A program made the translations under genes and the position numbers. DNA of 64,000 nt from Squalus acanthias (Eukaryota). The DNA is taken from the NCBI GenBank assembly GCA_030390025.1, contig CM059431.1:124374001-124438000 (forward strand), read 5' to 3'. Below the pieces are notes generated by a model. That model was not told where the DNA came from. It saw only the letters and a program-made list of their open reading frames with translations, and searched no databases. Numbering within the stretch: the first letter of the stretch is position 1; each line of letters opens with the position of its first letter. Shown here in pieces: positions 1 through 13,722 of the stretch.

Positions 1-417
1 CTGTGCTAACATTCATTCATCTAAAATAACCCACGTTTTCCTGGTAGAAGTCTTTCATCACTTTGGTCTTAATGTTGCTGCTGGCAATCTGGTCATTTAA
101 CCCTTATCATCTGCCATTGTTAGCACTGATGAGGAAGCATAATTCTGGGTGTATTATGTCATGGTCACAGAATAGAAAAGTTTGTTTCAGAGGCATGACT
201 CTGTCTGAACTTATGGTTGCAGTTCTGGTGTAGAGAGAGGCTATTTGGATAAAGGGAGTAAATGCCATTAACACTAGGTGGCAGCATGCTCAATTTGAAT
301 TTGCTGCCAGCGTGAAAGTAGTGTCCTTAACCCATTGGCGCAAGAAGTTAAATAAATAATGAAAAAGTATAAAGACAATTCGCCAATAATATGTAAAGGA
401 AGGTTAAAAACACATAT

Positions 418-968
418 AACAACAACAGTAACTTGTATTTATATAGTGCCTTTAACATAGTAAAAAGTTCCAAGGTACTTCACAGGAGAATTAAATGACA
501 AAAATTTTGACACCGAGCCACATAAGGAGAAATTAGGGCAGGTGACCAAAAGCTTGGTCAAAGAGGTAGGTTTTAAGGAGTGTCTTAAAGGAGGAAAGAG
601 AGGTAGCGAGGTACAGAGGTTTAGGGAGGGAATTCTAGAGCTTAGGGCCTAGGCAACAGAAGGCACAGCCATCAATGGTTGAATGATTATAATCAGGGAT
701 GCTCAAGAGGCCAGAATTAGAGGAGCGCAGATATCTCGGGGGGTTGTGGGGCTGGAGGAGATTACAGAGATAGGGAGGGGCGAGGCCATGGAGGGATTTA
801 AAAACAAGGGTAAGAATTTTGATATCGAGGCATTGCTTAACCGGGAGCCAATGTAGGTCAGCGAGCACAGGGGTGATGGGTGAATGGAACTTGGTGCGAG
901 TTAGGACATGGGCAGCCGAGTTTTGGATCACCTCAAGTTTACGTAGGGTAGAATGTGGGAGGCCAGGG
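418..968 (-). mobile_element. L2-clade LINE 3' fragment (RT C-terminus, 3' UTR, (TTG)n tail)
   Basis: ORF 635..976(-) has the L2-type IQNSAA..LHWLPVKQ..FKSLHGLAPPYL motifs. The 3' end reads ..aaggcactatataaatacaagttactgttgttgtt on the minus strand. Closely similar to 25546-26837. Confidence 0.9.
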
Positions 969-1916
969 AGCACCATAATGCATCCCTACAATGTCCAAGC
1001 CATTCTTTTCACACTCATCACAATTGGGGGGGGAGGGGGTAAGTTGTGTCTCAACATTCACTGGAACTCACTAAGATACTTCCAAAGGTGAGCACAGATC
1101 TGTCCAATAAGGTAAAGTGTTGAAAATATAGATTTCAATGTTTGACAACACATTAAAAGAAACTTTACATGAACATTGGCTAAACCACCCAGGTGCATAC
1201 CCTTGTGTGTTATTAGTTTGTATGTTTGCAGTAGGTTGAGGGTGAATGTGAGGGTGGCTAGTGAGATGGGGAAGTGATAATGTAGATAGAGAGGGAGGGA
1301 TGGAGGTGCAAATTAAGTTGGTGTGAGTAAAGATGTGCAGGAGTAGGGTAGGGAAGGCAGAGTGATGTGGATGTGATGAGTGGCACAGCAGGATGAGGTT
1401 GAGTGTGGCTTGGCAGTAATGTTTCGTAATCTGCTCAGATCATTGAAAGGTTTGCACCACTGCAGCCTGGTCCTCCTGTGCAATGTGCAACAAGGCTGCA
1501 TTGATCTCCTGGGGAGGTCTCTTCCGCCTATGGGAGGGGAAGAGAACCTCCCTCCGTACTGTGACTCCCTCCATAAGCATATGGAGGGAGTCATGGGAGA
1601 GCCTGGGTGCAGCCGTGCACCTTTGTGCAGTGCTTGTCAGTGTTTGCAGCACCTCAATGCTGCAGAATACTGACAGGAGAATTGTCAAGATCAATTTGGA
1701 CATGGCACCTTTAAGGAAACCGGCTGATGACATGTCATCAAATGATGTCATCAGACCTGCTTCCTATTATTTGGCTGGGAACCTCGCTGGGCGGGCTTAA
1801 CAAGCCCAATCACTGAAAAATCATTTGGAGAGTGTGGGCTGCAGTAGGCAATGGGCTGGGACCGCGACACCGACCCTGGCCACCCCGGACCCACCTCAGT
1901 CGGCAAAATCCCAGCC
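969..1916 (-). mobile_element. Truncated Harbinger-type element (left arm and decayed Myb/SANT exon)
   Basis: Ends in aaaatcccagcc (TIR type GGCTGGGATTTT). ORF 1440..1751(-) contains DSLHMLMEGVTVRREVLFP, similar to the Myb exon at 38227. Homologous in reverse to 31943-33313. Confidence 0.75.
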
Positions 1917-2034
1917 ATGGAGTTGAAGGAAGAGGCAGAGCTCAGTCTTTGTCCTTCTATCTTGTTGTCTAGGCCAGCGTGAGTTTGGAAAGGTAAGGCA
2001 CGCAGAAAGGACTCGCTTTCTCTCCAGAGACTTT

Positions 2035-2470
2035 GGGGGAGAAATTAATTATAGCGCAGGAATGGGCGGTATCTTCAGAAAAGTTTGAGATTAAGTGCCA
2101 GGCGCTAGGAATCATGCTGCACACAAAATTAAGTATATTCGCTCAAACAAAGGATTGGAGCGCTAAATCAAGCGCTAATGGCCTAACTCAGTGGCGCTAT
2201 ACTCAAAGCGCTAACCAATATCAGGTGCAGTCTAATCGCAAGTCATCATTGCCACAAGCTCATTCCAGTTCTTAATGGGGAGGTTCATTGATGCTGCAGA
2301 ACCTCATTCTCAGCATTGCTGGCTATGAACCTTTGCCAGCAAGCAGGAGCAGGCCAAGCCCAAGGAGCCGGACGACTCAACCAGTTATCATGATGGCAGA
2401 TCCATGCCCCAGGGAGTGAGCCCTCAGATTTTCGGATCAAGCATTGGAGGAGTTGGTAAGGGATGCAAGG
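2035..2470 (+). mobile_element. Harbinger left-end fragment
   Basis: Starts GGGGGAGAAATT and is colinear with 3548-3900, up to the start of the Myb exon (gattttcggatcaagcattggag = RFSDQALE). Confidence 0.8.
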
Positions 2471-3045
2471 TCTGCTTACAAGACTGACCAGTGACACCGA
2501 ACCTGAGAGAATATTAAGTGCAGAACTGAAATTTGTAGCCCTTACATATATACTATGTACTGAGCACAGTATATCTATGGCAAGTATTACAGCACCAAGC
2601 AGTAAAGAAAAGCTTTCACTTAGGATTTACTGCAATGACTGCACAATAAGAATATACTCTCCATTACTCATGTTATCCCATGTGCTCTCTTCATAGGTGA
2701 AAAGTCCAGGAACAATAGCACTTCCCAGGACCAATAAGAACAATGGCAGCAGGAGCTCTTGCCATGCACACATTTCACCAGCACAGATGACCTTATTTTA
2801 ATTTAAACAGGTTAACAGCTTTATTAAAACTGAGCATAATAGCATGCATTAATCAACTTGTTAAAAATAGTGCACAGAGGAATTTCCATAAGTTGTTAAT
2901 GTTATAGAACATACTTCCACTCAGGTGAAGTGAAAGTCTAAGGCCTAGAAATTGGAAATCATTAAAAACCTGCCAGTGCCACCACAGGCTGATGTTAACG
3001 GCTGCCGAAAATGTTGGCGCTGGCAAGACCGGTGTAAGATTATTG

Positions 3046-3455
3046 TGGATTAGCACTGGTGCCTCACAGCGCCAGGGACCCGGGTTCGAATCTGACCTCG
3101 GGTGACTGTCTGTGTGGAGTTTGCACATTCTCCCCGTGTCTGCGTGGGTTTCCTCCGGGTGCTCCGGTTTCCTCCCACAGTCCAAAAATGTGCGGGTTAG
3201 GTTGATTTGGCTATGATAAATTGACCCTTAGTGTTAGGGGGGGATTAAATATGTGGGGTTATGGGGATAGGATGGGATATGTTAGGGGGAATTAAATACG
3301 TGGGGTTACGGGGGTAGGGTGGGATATGTGTACTGTGGGGATTAAAGCAGGGACAGGGTACTGGATTTGGATGATCAGCCATGATCGTATTGAATGGTGG
3401 AGCAGGCTCGACGGGCCAAATGGCCTACTCCTGCTCCTAGATTCTATGTTTCTAA
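3046..3455 (+). mobile_element. HE1-like tRNA-derived V-SINE with CR1/HER1-type 3' tail
   Basis: B box GGTTCGAATC at 3083-3092. V-domain-like tgtgtggagtttgcacattctccccgtgtctgcgtgggtttcctccggg. Short tandem duplication at about 3232-3330. The tail gatcagccatgat..gaatggtggagcaggctcg..ggcctactcctgctcct..ttctatgtttct matches the 3' ends of the CR1 copies in this window. Confidence 0.85.
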
Positions 3456-3841
3456 ATTTAAAAAAAGTCTGCAATCATCAATTGTATGTAATGATAACCT
3501 GAATTATATATGACATGTAACCCTTTTGCTTATGATTAAAAGTCTGTGGGCTAGAAATTCATTATAGCCCAGAATAGGCGGTATAATTCGAAAAGTTGGA
3601 GAATTAGCATCAGGCGCCAATGCTTTAGACTGCACGCAAAATTTGTGCTCACTGCTCAATGGTTACACTCAAAGGGTGGACCAATATCAGGTGCAGTCTA
3701 ATCGCAAACTATGATTGCCATGGCCTTTTTTCAGTTTTTAAAGGGGAGGTTCACTGATGCTGCAGAACATAATTCTCAGCAGTGCTGGCTGTGCAGCTGC
3801 CTCATCAAGCAACAGCAGGTCAAGGAGAAGCAGCTGTACTC

Positions 3842-5747
3842 ATGGCAAATCCACGGCCCAGGGAGAGAGCCCGTAGATTCAGCGACCAAGCATTGGAGGT
3901 GTTGGTGTTCAATGTGGAGAGACGGAGGGCGATGCTCTACCCAACAAGTGGCAGGAGGCCCTCGCCGCAAGTCTACCACACCATGTGGAGGGAGGTAGCA
4001 CAGCACGTCTCGGGCAGCACTGTGGTCCCCAAGACTCACGCACAGTGCAGTAAGAAATTTAATGACCTCACTCGGGTGGTCAGTGTGAGTGAATGGTTCA
4101 ACAACTGCTACATACCACCATCTGAACTACAGTCTTCACACACTGCCCAAAGTACCACACCCCCAGGACTCACCCACCAATAATTTCTACCTACCAACAC
4201 TCACACCCACATCTCACACCTTGCACACAATGACAGCTATTCAACTACGGCAGGCACATCACCCACACACATTGCTCTACACTCACTCACACACTTTCCT
4301 TTCTCTTGCAGACCAAGGTGGCTCACAACAGGAGGGAGCAGGAGCACACAGGCAGTGAACAAGCTGACACCCAACCATCGTCTGTGCTAGAAAATAGAGT
4401 GCTGGATATTATTGGGTGCCAGGTGGTGGGTGCCGTGGCCACCGGCAACGTTGAACTACTTGGGAATGACAACGGTATGTTCATCCCTACTCCTTCTTCT
4501 CACATCCCCCTTCCCCCTCACACCAAACGTGTTTTGCACTTTCCAGCTAATCATGCTGTATGCATGCATTTCTCCCTTCCTGCCCCCTCCCCTCACCTTA
4601 ACCTGACTCTTGTGCCTTTATGCTTTCAGATACTGAGCAAGCACCTGAGCAGCCTATCCCTGAGGGCACCGTTGAGAGCAAGGCGGGGGAAGAGGAGGAG
4701 GAAGAACACATCGTGTCACTGCATGACTCACCCGCAGGCACCAGGTCAGATACTGGCACTACGCGTTCTTTAGAGGCATGTATAGTAGCGGGATCTGCAC
4801 AGGGTGATGCATTGGGAATGAGTGGGCTGCAGCAAGGCCAGGGGGAAATGGTAGCTTGGGGGCCAGCTCCCCGGAGGGCGAGTTTGCGGGTGAGTTCTGC
4901 TGCACAGGACTCAGATGAGGATCTTGATGGGGAGGCCTTTAGAAGAAGAGTGATGGGCATGCACACGGAGATGATAGGTGCAATGGCAAGGGTGCCTGAG
5001 AGCCTGTCAACAATGGTAAGGAGCATGGACGAGTCCGCCTCCAACATTGCACAGAGCTCTGTGCACACCATGGAGCCCATCATTTCCAGTCTGCAAAGGA
5101 TGGTAGACTCCCATAGACACCGTGGTGACCCAGACCTGATGCCGTGTGTAATGGGCGATCTGGCAGCTTCCATTGCAGCACAGGCAGAAGCGACGCAATG
5201 TCTTAGTGCTGTAATGCAGTCTACGGTTGGTGCCATTCAATCTCAGGCTGCTCTCATGCAGTCTCAGCTTGCTGCCACAAAAGCTCTGACTGTTGCTATC
5301 GTGGCTGGGTCTACCACCGTTGACTGGGGCTTTCACGATGTCGCAGCAGGCCAGCAATCTGTGCTCCATTGATTGCTAGGGATGCTGAGGTGCTGCCCCG
5401 GGGGAGTGGCAGTGGGTCAGTGGAGCAGGAACCTGCTGTCCTCTCTCAGGAAGACAGCATTCCTGCTCCCACCACTGGCACTCCGCCATTGACCCTTGTC
5501 GCTGCCTATCATCCAGCCAGCCCAAATTGCTGCAGTTTATGCTGAGGTCGTGCAGTCTCCAGCTGGGCCATCCTGGCCCAGAGCTGGTCGAGGGCATCCT
5601 GGAGAGCCTTCTGAAGTCTCCCGCACGGACACTCAGCAGCCTCCCACAAGCTGTGCTGCAGCCATTGGGCCAACACTTCGTAGGAGCACTAGAGCAGGCA
5701 AAGGCTCAGTAACAACAGGCACTAAGGGATTGCACAAGGGTGAATAA
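3842..5747 (+). pseudogene. Harbinger Myb/SANT-like DNA-binding protein gene, 3 exons (3842-4084, 4312-4474, 4630-5747), frameshifted in exon 3
   Basis: RFSDQALEVLV..MWREVA..QCSKKFNDL trihelix motif. GT/AG junctions cagt|gtgagt, ttgcag|acc, aacg|gtatgt, tttcag|at join in frame. Frameshift near 5369. Confidence 0.85.
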
Positions 5748-5906
5748 TTAATATTTTTGTTGTAAATATGTGTTCTCTGATTTTTGATAAATTTATTAAT
5801 TCAGTTTGGATTCTTTTGTGGTGTCTCTCATTTCAGCTTTGCGCTGTGATATGGCCTGCGACAGGGATGGAATCTTTGGGATGTGGTGAGCAACAGAGAT
5901 CTGGGT

Positions 5907-6900
5907 TTAATTCATTCGAACCATGGTCACGGACCGCCCTTCTGGAAGGCCGATTGAGTGGTTATCTCCTCCCTCGCTCCTGTTCCTCATCCTCCTCATC
6001 ATCCTCATCATCCTCCTTGTCTTCCTCTTCCTCCTCATCCTCCTCCTCCTCCTCGCCCTCTTCCTCCTTCTGAGGTGGTCCCGCAATCCCTGGTGGCAAG
6101 GGCTGGGCCCTCATGATGCCAAGTTATGAAGCATGCAGGAGGCCACCACGAAATGGGACACCCGCTCAGCCGAGTACTGGAGGGCTCCTCCTGAGCGGTC
6201 AAGCCAGCAGAACCATTGCTTGAGCAGCCCAATGATCTGCTTGATGATGTTCCTGGTGGCAGCATGAGTCTCATTTATATGAGTGCTGGGCAGGAGTGTT
6301 GGGGTTGCGGAGGGGTGTCATGAGCCAGGTGGAGAGCGGATAACCCTTGTCTCCGACCAGCTAGCTGCGAGCTTGACGTGATGGCTGGAAGATGGCTGGC
6401 ACAGGATGAAGGCATCATGGCTGCTGCCAGGATAGCGGGCATTGACATTGAGGATTTGCCATCTGTGGTCGCACACCAACTGTACATGAAGTGAGTGGTA
6501 GCCTTTGGGGTTACGGAAGATCTCAGGATTGTTACGAATTGTGAAATGTTAGCTATGTCTCCTGTTGCAGACTGGAAGGATCCGCTGGTGAAGAAATTGA
6601 GGACGAAGGTGACCTTGACTGCCACTGAGAGCTGTGGTCACCCAGATCTGAGGCTGTAGGACTGGTTGCAGGAGGTGGCAGAGTTCTGTGACCACCTCCT
6701 TGGTGAAGTGGAGCCTTTTAATACACTGCTCCTCGCTTAATTGGAGGTAGGAGAAATGCTCTCAAAGGGTAAGGCCAACTGTTGAGAGCCCTGATGGCCC
6801 TCCTACTCCCTCTGGCCACATGTTTCAGTCTTTCTCGCTGCTTTCGCTCCCTCCGCCATAGGTCCTGGAGGGCGAGGTCAACTGCTTGTACAGTGCCCAT
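5907..6900 (-). pseudogene. HARBI1-like DDE transposase, internally deleted
   Basis: AVKVTFVLNFFTSGSFQSATGD, YPGSSHDAFIL and acidic-tail segments lie in different frames. The GAIDCTH segment is missing. Confidence 0.85.
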
Positions 6901-7647
6901 TAATGTAACCAAGTTTAGCAGTTTGATTTTTTTAAGAATAAATGTAGCTACTTTTTAGTTGCCACAACACTCCTGATACTAAATAACATTGCAATTATGG
7001 AATGAGACTTTTGCACTATGTGAAACTGACAAGAAAGTACTGAAACTCCACTAACCGACAGCTGCGACTCATTACTGATGATCCATTTAAATAACATCCT
7101 GGAGCCAGCTTCCTGTTGCTTCACGCCAGCTCTCCCTGTTGCTGTTTCCTCCAGGTGCTAAGGTAGGTGGCGACAATCAATTATGCAGATCGGGCGGTGA
7201 GTGAGCATTGCACACTCACTGACATCACGATTCACCTGGCGTTGAGGCTTCCGGCGATAGCTGTTAGCGGCAACGCTGCAGGGTGGCGGGATTTGGCATT
7301 TGGCGTTTGGTGCTGGATTCTTCTCGCCCTGGCGATAATGCTCTAGCGCCCTCCTTTGAGCCGTCTGCTGGTGCTAATGGGAGGCGCTAAGGTATCAAAT
7401 TTATCCCCCTGTGAGTAAGCTGTAACCAGAGAGTCTGGCGTGAGAAGGAGGATTGCCATGGTAGAATAGTGAGGCTGTGGGTCAAAGTTGGGTATTAGCC
7501 AACAGTAAGAATGAGATAGAGTGCAGCTAGCCTGGGAACCAAGGTCAGGTGTAGCTGCCACTGTGTTGGAATGTTATGATGTCTGCATTGAATTAAAAAC
7601 ATAGGCCTTTCACAGGGACCAGCAAGGCCACAATTCTCTACACTATG

Positions 7648-8527
7648 GGGGTAGAAATTAGGTCGCGCCCCATTTGGGGCGCAAATATCGTCCGGACGCA
7701 AATATTAGCGCCTGGCGCTAATTATCGGCACTGATGGGAAACTTCACTTTTACCGCCCCGGGAGGTGAGTGGAGCGCTAAAGCAGGCGCTGCACACCTCT
7801 CTTAAGGCGCAAAGGCCGAGCAGTGAGGCGCTAACTCGGAGCGCTGGCGAAGCTCATGTAATGGAACACACACACAATGGCACGGGCCAGTTCTTAAAGG
7901 GGATGGTTAATCTTACTTTCCATCCACATCCTGTTCATTGCTGCCTTGAATCTCGGCCTGGAGAGACTTGCACATCAAATGTGCTGGAAAGAACAATGGA
8001 GAGCACCAGGCAAAGAGCTCAGAGTGCAGCTCCCATGGTCTCTGCTAAATCGATACAAGGAATGGCAAATCAAAATGAACCTGCAAAGTGCTGCTCAGTA
8101 CCCAAAACTCCTTCACACAACGTTGAATCTCTCCAGAAGTCTCTCCCTCTCTCTCTCAGAATGCGTAGTTCAAAAATGCCACCAACAATAAAAGACAGGA
8201 AGAGGCCCCCTTTAAATAGCGCCCCCCCCAGCTCCACAGCGATTGATAGCGTTCCAGTCTTCTGGTCGTTGGAAGCGCCAGGCGGTGAGGCAGGGGGCGC
8301 CACTCAATTTCCGCTCCGGGGCGCCCCAAGGGCGTTGCACCATGGAATGACGTCACAATCTGCGCGCGCAGGTGGTCGCAGCGGTAAGTTTTAGCGCCGC
8401 CGCACAATCTCAAGTTAAGTTCTCGAGCGGCGCAAACATCGCTGCGCCCGGGCGTTAGCGGCTTTGCGCCCCATTAGCGCCCTCTTAAGGCGCTAACGGG
8501 TGGCGCAACCAAGTGAATTTTTACCCC
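7648..8527. mobile_element. Harbinger-derived non-autonomous element (MITE, about 880 bp)
   Basis: TIRs GGGGTAGAAATT and AATTTTTACCCC (11/12 match). Both arms are colinear with the arms of 20162-24387. TSD is imperfect (TAT or ATG versus TAA). Confidence 0.8.
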
Positions 8528-11500
8528 TAAGGGTATAAGAAGGGGGTCTTAACAGCCACAAAGGGTAGAAGATTTCAGAAAGAATCAAGGAGACACCCGG
8601 GAGACAAGGGACACGGTGCAGCTTGCTCATGGTTGTGGCTTCTACCAGTATAAGGGGTAATATAAGTCTCAATTATACTCTATAAATTGCTGCTCGAATA
8701 CTGTAATGTATTAAGTCTTGCTTGTGCTGAATAATGTTAAATCACTGTTCCCAATACGGGTCAACCTCGAATCATTTGGAACCAGGGTCCCTCTGGGATC
8801 TTACAGTGGTCAGTTGGTGCTGGTGGCTAATTAACATTAGCCCGCCGCTAAACTTACCATGCAATGCCGTTCTGGTGACGTTTGTCCCTGCAGGTGGCCC
8901 CAATGTAGTGTGGCTGTAGCATAATTGCAGCAAGAACAACCTTCTCTGAAAGCAAGGCTGTCATTTCAGAAAGCAGTGCGAGATCCTGGGTGCCCCTTCC
9001 CTGGCTTGCTGAGCCATTTGTGTTAGTGTTGAAGCACTTAAATGGGAAGTGTCTTCTAAAATGATAAAAATAAAAATCATGTAAAAATTGGCAGTTTTTA
9101 GCCAAATGGGATTCTTCAGTTCTCAAAGCTGAATTGCCTTCCGCACATAAAAAAATGGGAAAAGTGCTTCAGCTCTCACAAGAACAATGTGGGAGTACAT
9201 CACCGAGGCCATCACTGCCAGCAGTGTCGCCCCCACAACCTGGCTCCAGTGCCCAAAGAAACTTCATGACCTCAGACCAGTGGTCAAGGTCAGTGAATGC
9301 ATCTTCAAAAGCCGTCTCCTACCAATTGCACCACTAGCCTCACACACTCCTCAATTCACGATTTCCCCCACCCCAATCACTCACCTACTAAAAATCTGTA
9401 CCATACACGAGGCACATCTCCCATTCCTAGCTTCACCTCACCCCCTTGGAGGAGATGGTGCTGGGCATTCTTGGCAGGGGCAAGGGCAAGGCTGAATCCT
9501 TTGCCAGTGGCTGGGCTGAAAGGGTACATACGTTATCTCATGCTGGTACGTGCTGGTATCTCATACGTTATCCTCCTTCTCCCATGCACCTCTTGCTTTC
9601 CTGCCCTACCCTCACCACCCTTGTGCCTTCCTCATTTAACACACCCAAGAAATGCAGCCTGCCCAGCCAATGGTTACCAAGAAGAGGGAGAGGAGAGAGA
9701 AGAAGAAGAATGAAGAAGAACAAGAAGAAAGAAGAAGTATAAAAGAAGAAGAAGAAACACCGTCACTTGATTTCACACACCCAGCCACCAGCTCCTCAAG
9801 GTCGACCAGCAAGGCCATTTGCAGTGTCCTCCACTGAAAGTCAGCAGCCTTCCACCAGCCATGCTGCAGCCATTGGGGTAGCAGTACGTGACATCAGTAG
9901 GAGAGGCAAAGACACACACAAGACAGTCACTACGGGAATGCTAAAGGGTGGTGAGTTCATTTCTTGATGTCATATTGGATGGATAGATGTATAAAGTATG
10001 ACTGGAAAGTTTGCTTTCTGGTGGCTTTTATTTCAGCATTATGGTCAAGAGGACTCTGTGATGGTCAGTTACAGAGGGAAGGGAAGGTGGGGGACAAATG
10101 TTGGGACAGAATTTGCGGTCGGTATGACGGCGTACTCTGAGAGTACGCCGTCATATCAGCTTTGAAATGGACAGCAAGTTCGGGATTTCCACATGCACTT
10201 GTACATGCGCTGAATCCTGAACTTGCAGTCTGTCAAGTTCCGACTTGACAGAGCATCCACTCCAACATTGAAATCCTAATTGCTGGTGCAGAGTTGGGCT
10301 AATTGTTCACCATCTGCCCAGGAATTTTGCCTGAAAAATTCATGGCTGGTGCAAACAGGTGCAGGAGCCGGTTTGCACACTATATATGTGAAATCTACAG
10401 AGGAAATATTCAGTTGGTTCATGCCTCCCATTAGCGCCTGGTGTGGGTGCTAATGGGGCACTGGTGTAGTAGCACCGGGGCGAGGTGAATACAGTGACGC
10501 ACGGCAAATCCGCCCCCACCCCCACCCCACCGACGCTGTGCCACCGCTACCATTTAACACTGGGGACCTCACCGTCAGGCAGATCGTGATGTCAGTGAGT
10601 GGGCACCCGATCTGCAAAATTTATTTTCGCGCCCCCCCCCTGCCTTAGCGCCTCACCCCGACAGCGACAGGGAGAGGAGGCATCAAGCAGGCGAATTATG
10701 GCTCCAAGGGTGGTATTTAAAGGCATCCTCAGTAATGAGTCGCAGCTGTCAGGTTAGTGCTGTTTCACTGCTTTATTGTCAGTTTGATATTGTGCAACAG
10801 TTTAATTCATTCATTTAAAGGTTGTTTAGTATCAGGAGTGTTGTGGCTACTAACAATTAGTTACCTTTATTCTCACAACATATCAAAGTGCTACGCTTGT
10901 TACATTAATGGGGGTTGTACTGGTAGTCGACCTCGCCCTCCAGGCTCTACGTCGGAGGCAGCGAGAAAGATATGGCCAGAGGGAGGAGAAGGGCCATGAG
11001 GGCTCTCAACAGGAGGCCTTACTCTCCGAGGGTATTCCGAGAGCACTTCTCCTACTTCCAATTAAGCGAGGAGCAGTGTATTAGAAGGCACTGCTTCAGC
11101 AAGAAGGTTGTCACAGAATTCTGCCACCTCCTGCAACTAGACCTCGAGCCTCAGATCAGGGCAACCACGGCTCTCTCACTGGCAATCAAGGGAGTCAACT
11201 TCACCAGTGTCCATGTCGCCCACCACCTGGTGCCCAATAATCTGCAGCACTCGAGTCTCCAGCTCAGACAGTGGTTGGGTGTCAGCTTGTCCCCTGCCTG
11301 TGCGCTCCTGCTCCCTCCTGTTGTGCACCACCTTGGCCTGCCAGAGAAAGGAAAGTGTGTGAGTGAGTGTGGAGCAATGTGTTTGTGATGTGCCTGCTAT
11401 AGTTGAATAGTTGTTATTATGTGCAAGGTGTGAGATGTGGGTGTGAGTGTTGGTAGGTAGAGATTGTTAGTGGGTGAGTGCTGGGGGTCTGGTGCTTTGG

Positions 11501-11924
11501 GCAGTGTGTGCAGACTACGGTTCAGATGGTGGTATGTAGCATTTGTTGAAGCATTCCTGCACACTGACCACCCGAGTGAGGTCGTTAAATTTCTTACTGC
11601 ACTGTGCGTGGGTCCTGGGGACCACAGTGCTGCCCGAGACGTGCTGGGCTACCTCCCTCCACATGGTGCGGGAGACTTGAAGTGAGGGCCTCCTGCCACT
11701 TGCTGGGTACAGCACTGACCTACGTCTCTCCACAGTGAAGACCAACACCTCCAATGCCCCATCGCTGAATCTGCGGGCTCTCTGCCTGGGGCGTGGACTT
11801 GCCATCAGTGCAGCTTCTTCAGTCGTCCGGCTCCTTCTACTTGGCCTGCTTGTGCTTGCTGAGGCAGCTGCACAGCCAGCAATGCTGAGACTGAGGTTCT
11901 GCAGCATCAATTAACCTTATTTCA

Positions 11925-13521
11925 ATGGGACTGAAAGCTGATAAATCCCCTGGACCTGATGGCCTACATCCTAGGGTTTTGAAAGAGGTGGCTATAGATA
12001 TACTAAATGCATTGGTTATCATTTTCAAAAATTCCATAGATTCTAGAATGGTTCCCGGAGATTGGAAGGTAGCAAATGTAACCCCACTATTTAAGAAAGG
12101 GGGAGAGAGAAAACAGGGAACTACAGACCAAGTTAGCCTGACATCAGTAGTAGGGAAAATGCTAGAATCTATTATTGAGGATGTGGTAACAGGGCACTTA
12201 GAAAATAATAATAGGATTGGGCAGAGTCAACACAGATTTATGAAAGGGAAATCATGTTTGACAAATCTGTTTGAGTTCTTTGAGGTTGTAACTAGCAGAA
12301 TAGATAAGGGAGAACCAGTGGATGTGGTTTATTTTGGATTTTCAGAAGGCATTCGATAAGGTGCCACACAAGAGGTTATTAAACAAAATTAGGGCTCATG
12401 GGATTAGGGGTAATATACTAGCATGGATTGAGGATTGGTTAACAGACAGAAAACAGAGAGTAGGAATAAATGGGTCATTTTCGGGTTGGCAGGCTGTAAC
12501 TAGTGGGGTACCGCAAGGATCAGTGTTTGAGCCTCAGCTATTCACAATCTATATCAATGATTTGGATGAGGGAACCAAATGTAATATATCCAAGTTTGCT
12601 GATGATAAAAAGCTAGGTGGGAATGAAGTTGTGAGGAGGATGCAAAGAGGTTTCAAGGGGATATAGACAGGCTAAGTGAGTGGGCAAGAACATGGCAAAT
12701 GGAATATAATGTGGAGAAATGTGAAGTTATCCACTTTGGTAGAAAAAATAGAAAAGCAGAGTAGTTTTTAAATGATGAGAGATTGAGAAATGCTGGTGTT
12801 CACAGGGAACCTGGGTGTCCTTGTACACGAATCACTGAAAGTTAACATGCAGGTACAGCAAGCAATTAGAAAAGCAAATGGTATGCTGACCTTTATTATA
12901 AGAGGATTTGAGTAAAGACATCTTACTGCAATTATATAGGACCCTGGTGAGACCACACCTGGAGTACTTATGTACAGTTTTGGTCTCCTTACCTAAGGAA
13001 GGATATATTTGCCATAGAGGGAGTGCAATGAAAATTCACCAGTCTAATTCCTGGGATGGGGGGATTGTCCTATTTGGAGAGATTGAGTAGACGAGGCCTA
13101 TATCTCTAGAGTTTAGAAGAATGAGAGGTGATCTCATTGAAACATACAAAATTCTTACAGGGCTTGACAGGGTAGATGCAGGGAGGATGTTTCCCCTGGC
13201 TGGGGAGTCGAGAACCAGGGGTCACAGTCTCAGAATAAGGGGTCGGCCATTTAGGACTGAGATGAGGAAAAATGTCTTCACTCAGAGGGTGGTGAAACTT
13301 TGGAATTCTTTACCCCAGAGGGCTGTGGAGGCTCAGACGTTGAGAATATTCAAGACAGAGATCAGTAGATTTTTGGATATAAAGAGAATCAAGGGATATG
13401 GAGATAGTGCAGGAAAGTGGAGTTGAGGTAGAAGATCAGCTATGATCTTATTGAATGGCGGAGCAGGCTCGAGGGGCCGAATGGCCTACTCATGCTCCTA
13501 TTTCTTGTGTTCACATGTTCT
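11925..13521 (+). mobile_element. 5'-truncated CR1 LINE (RT and 3' tail)
   Basis: [29 protein letters not shown] and KFADD motifs in broken frames. CR1 3' tail present. Probable 9-bp TSD cttatttca (11916-11924) / ctcatttca (13522-13530). Confidence 0.95.
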
Positions 13522-13722
13522 CTCATTTCAGAACTGGTAAGAGCCTGTGGCAATGATGACTTGTGATTAGGCTGCTCCTGATATTGGTCAGTGCTTCGAG
13601 TTTAATCCCACTGAGCTAGACCATTAATGCTTGATTTAGTGCTCCAATCCTTTCTTTGTGCAATGAGACGGAATTTTGCATGCAGTCTGAAGCATTAGCG
13701 CCTGGCATTAATTCTCAACCTT

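Larger units (their letters stand above)
3548..7409 (+). mobile_element. PIF/Harbinger transposon, both ends present (family A, copy 1)
   Basis: Termini GGGCTAGAAATT and AAATTTATCCCCC. TGT on both flanks (3545-3547, 7410-7412). Convergent Myb/SANT and transposase genes. Confidence 0.9.

Noticed and set aside
3046..3110. tRNA gene
   Set aside because: The tRNA-like head continues into a SINE body and a LINE-derived tail.
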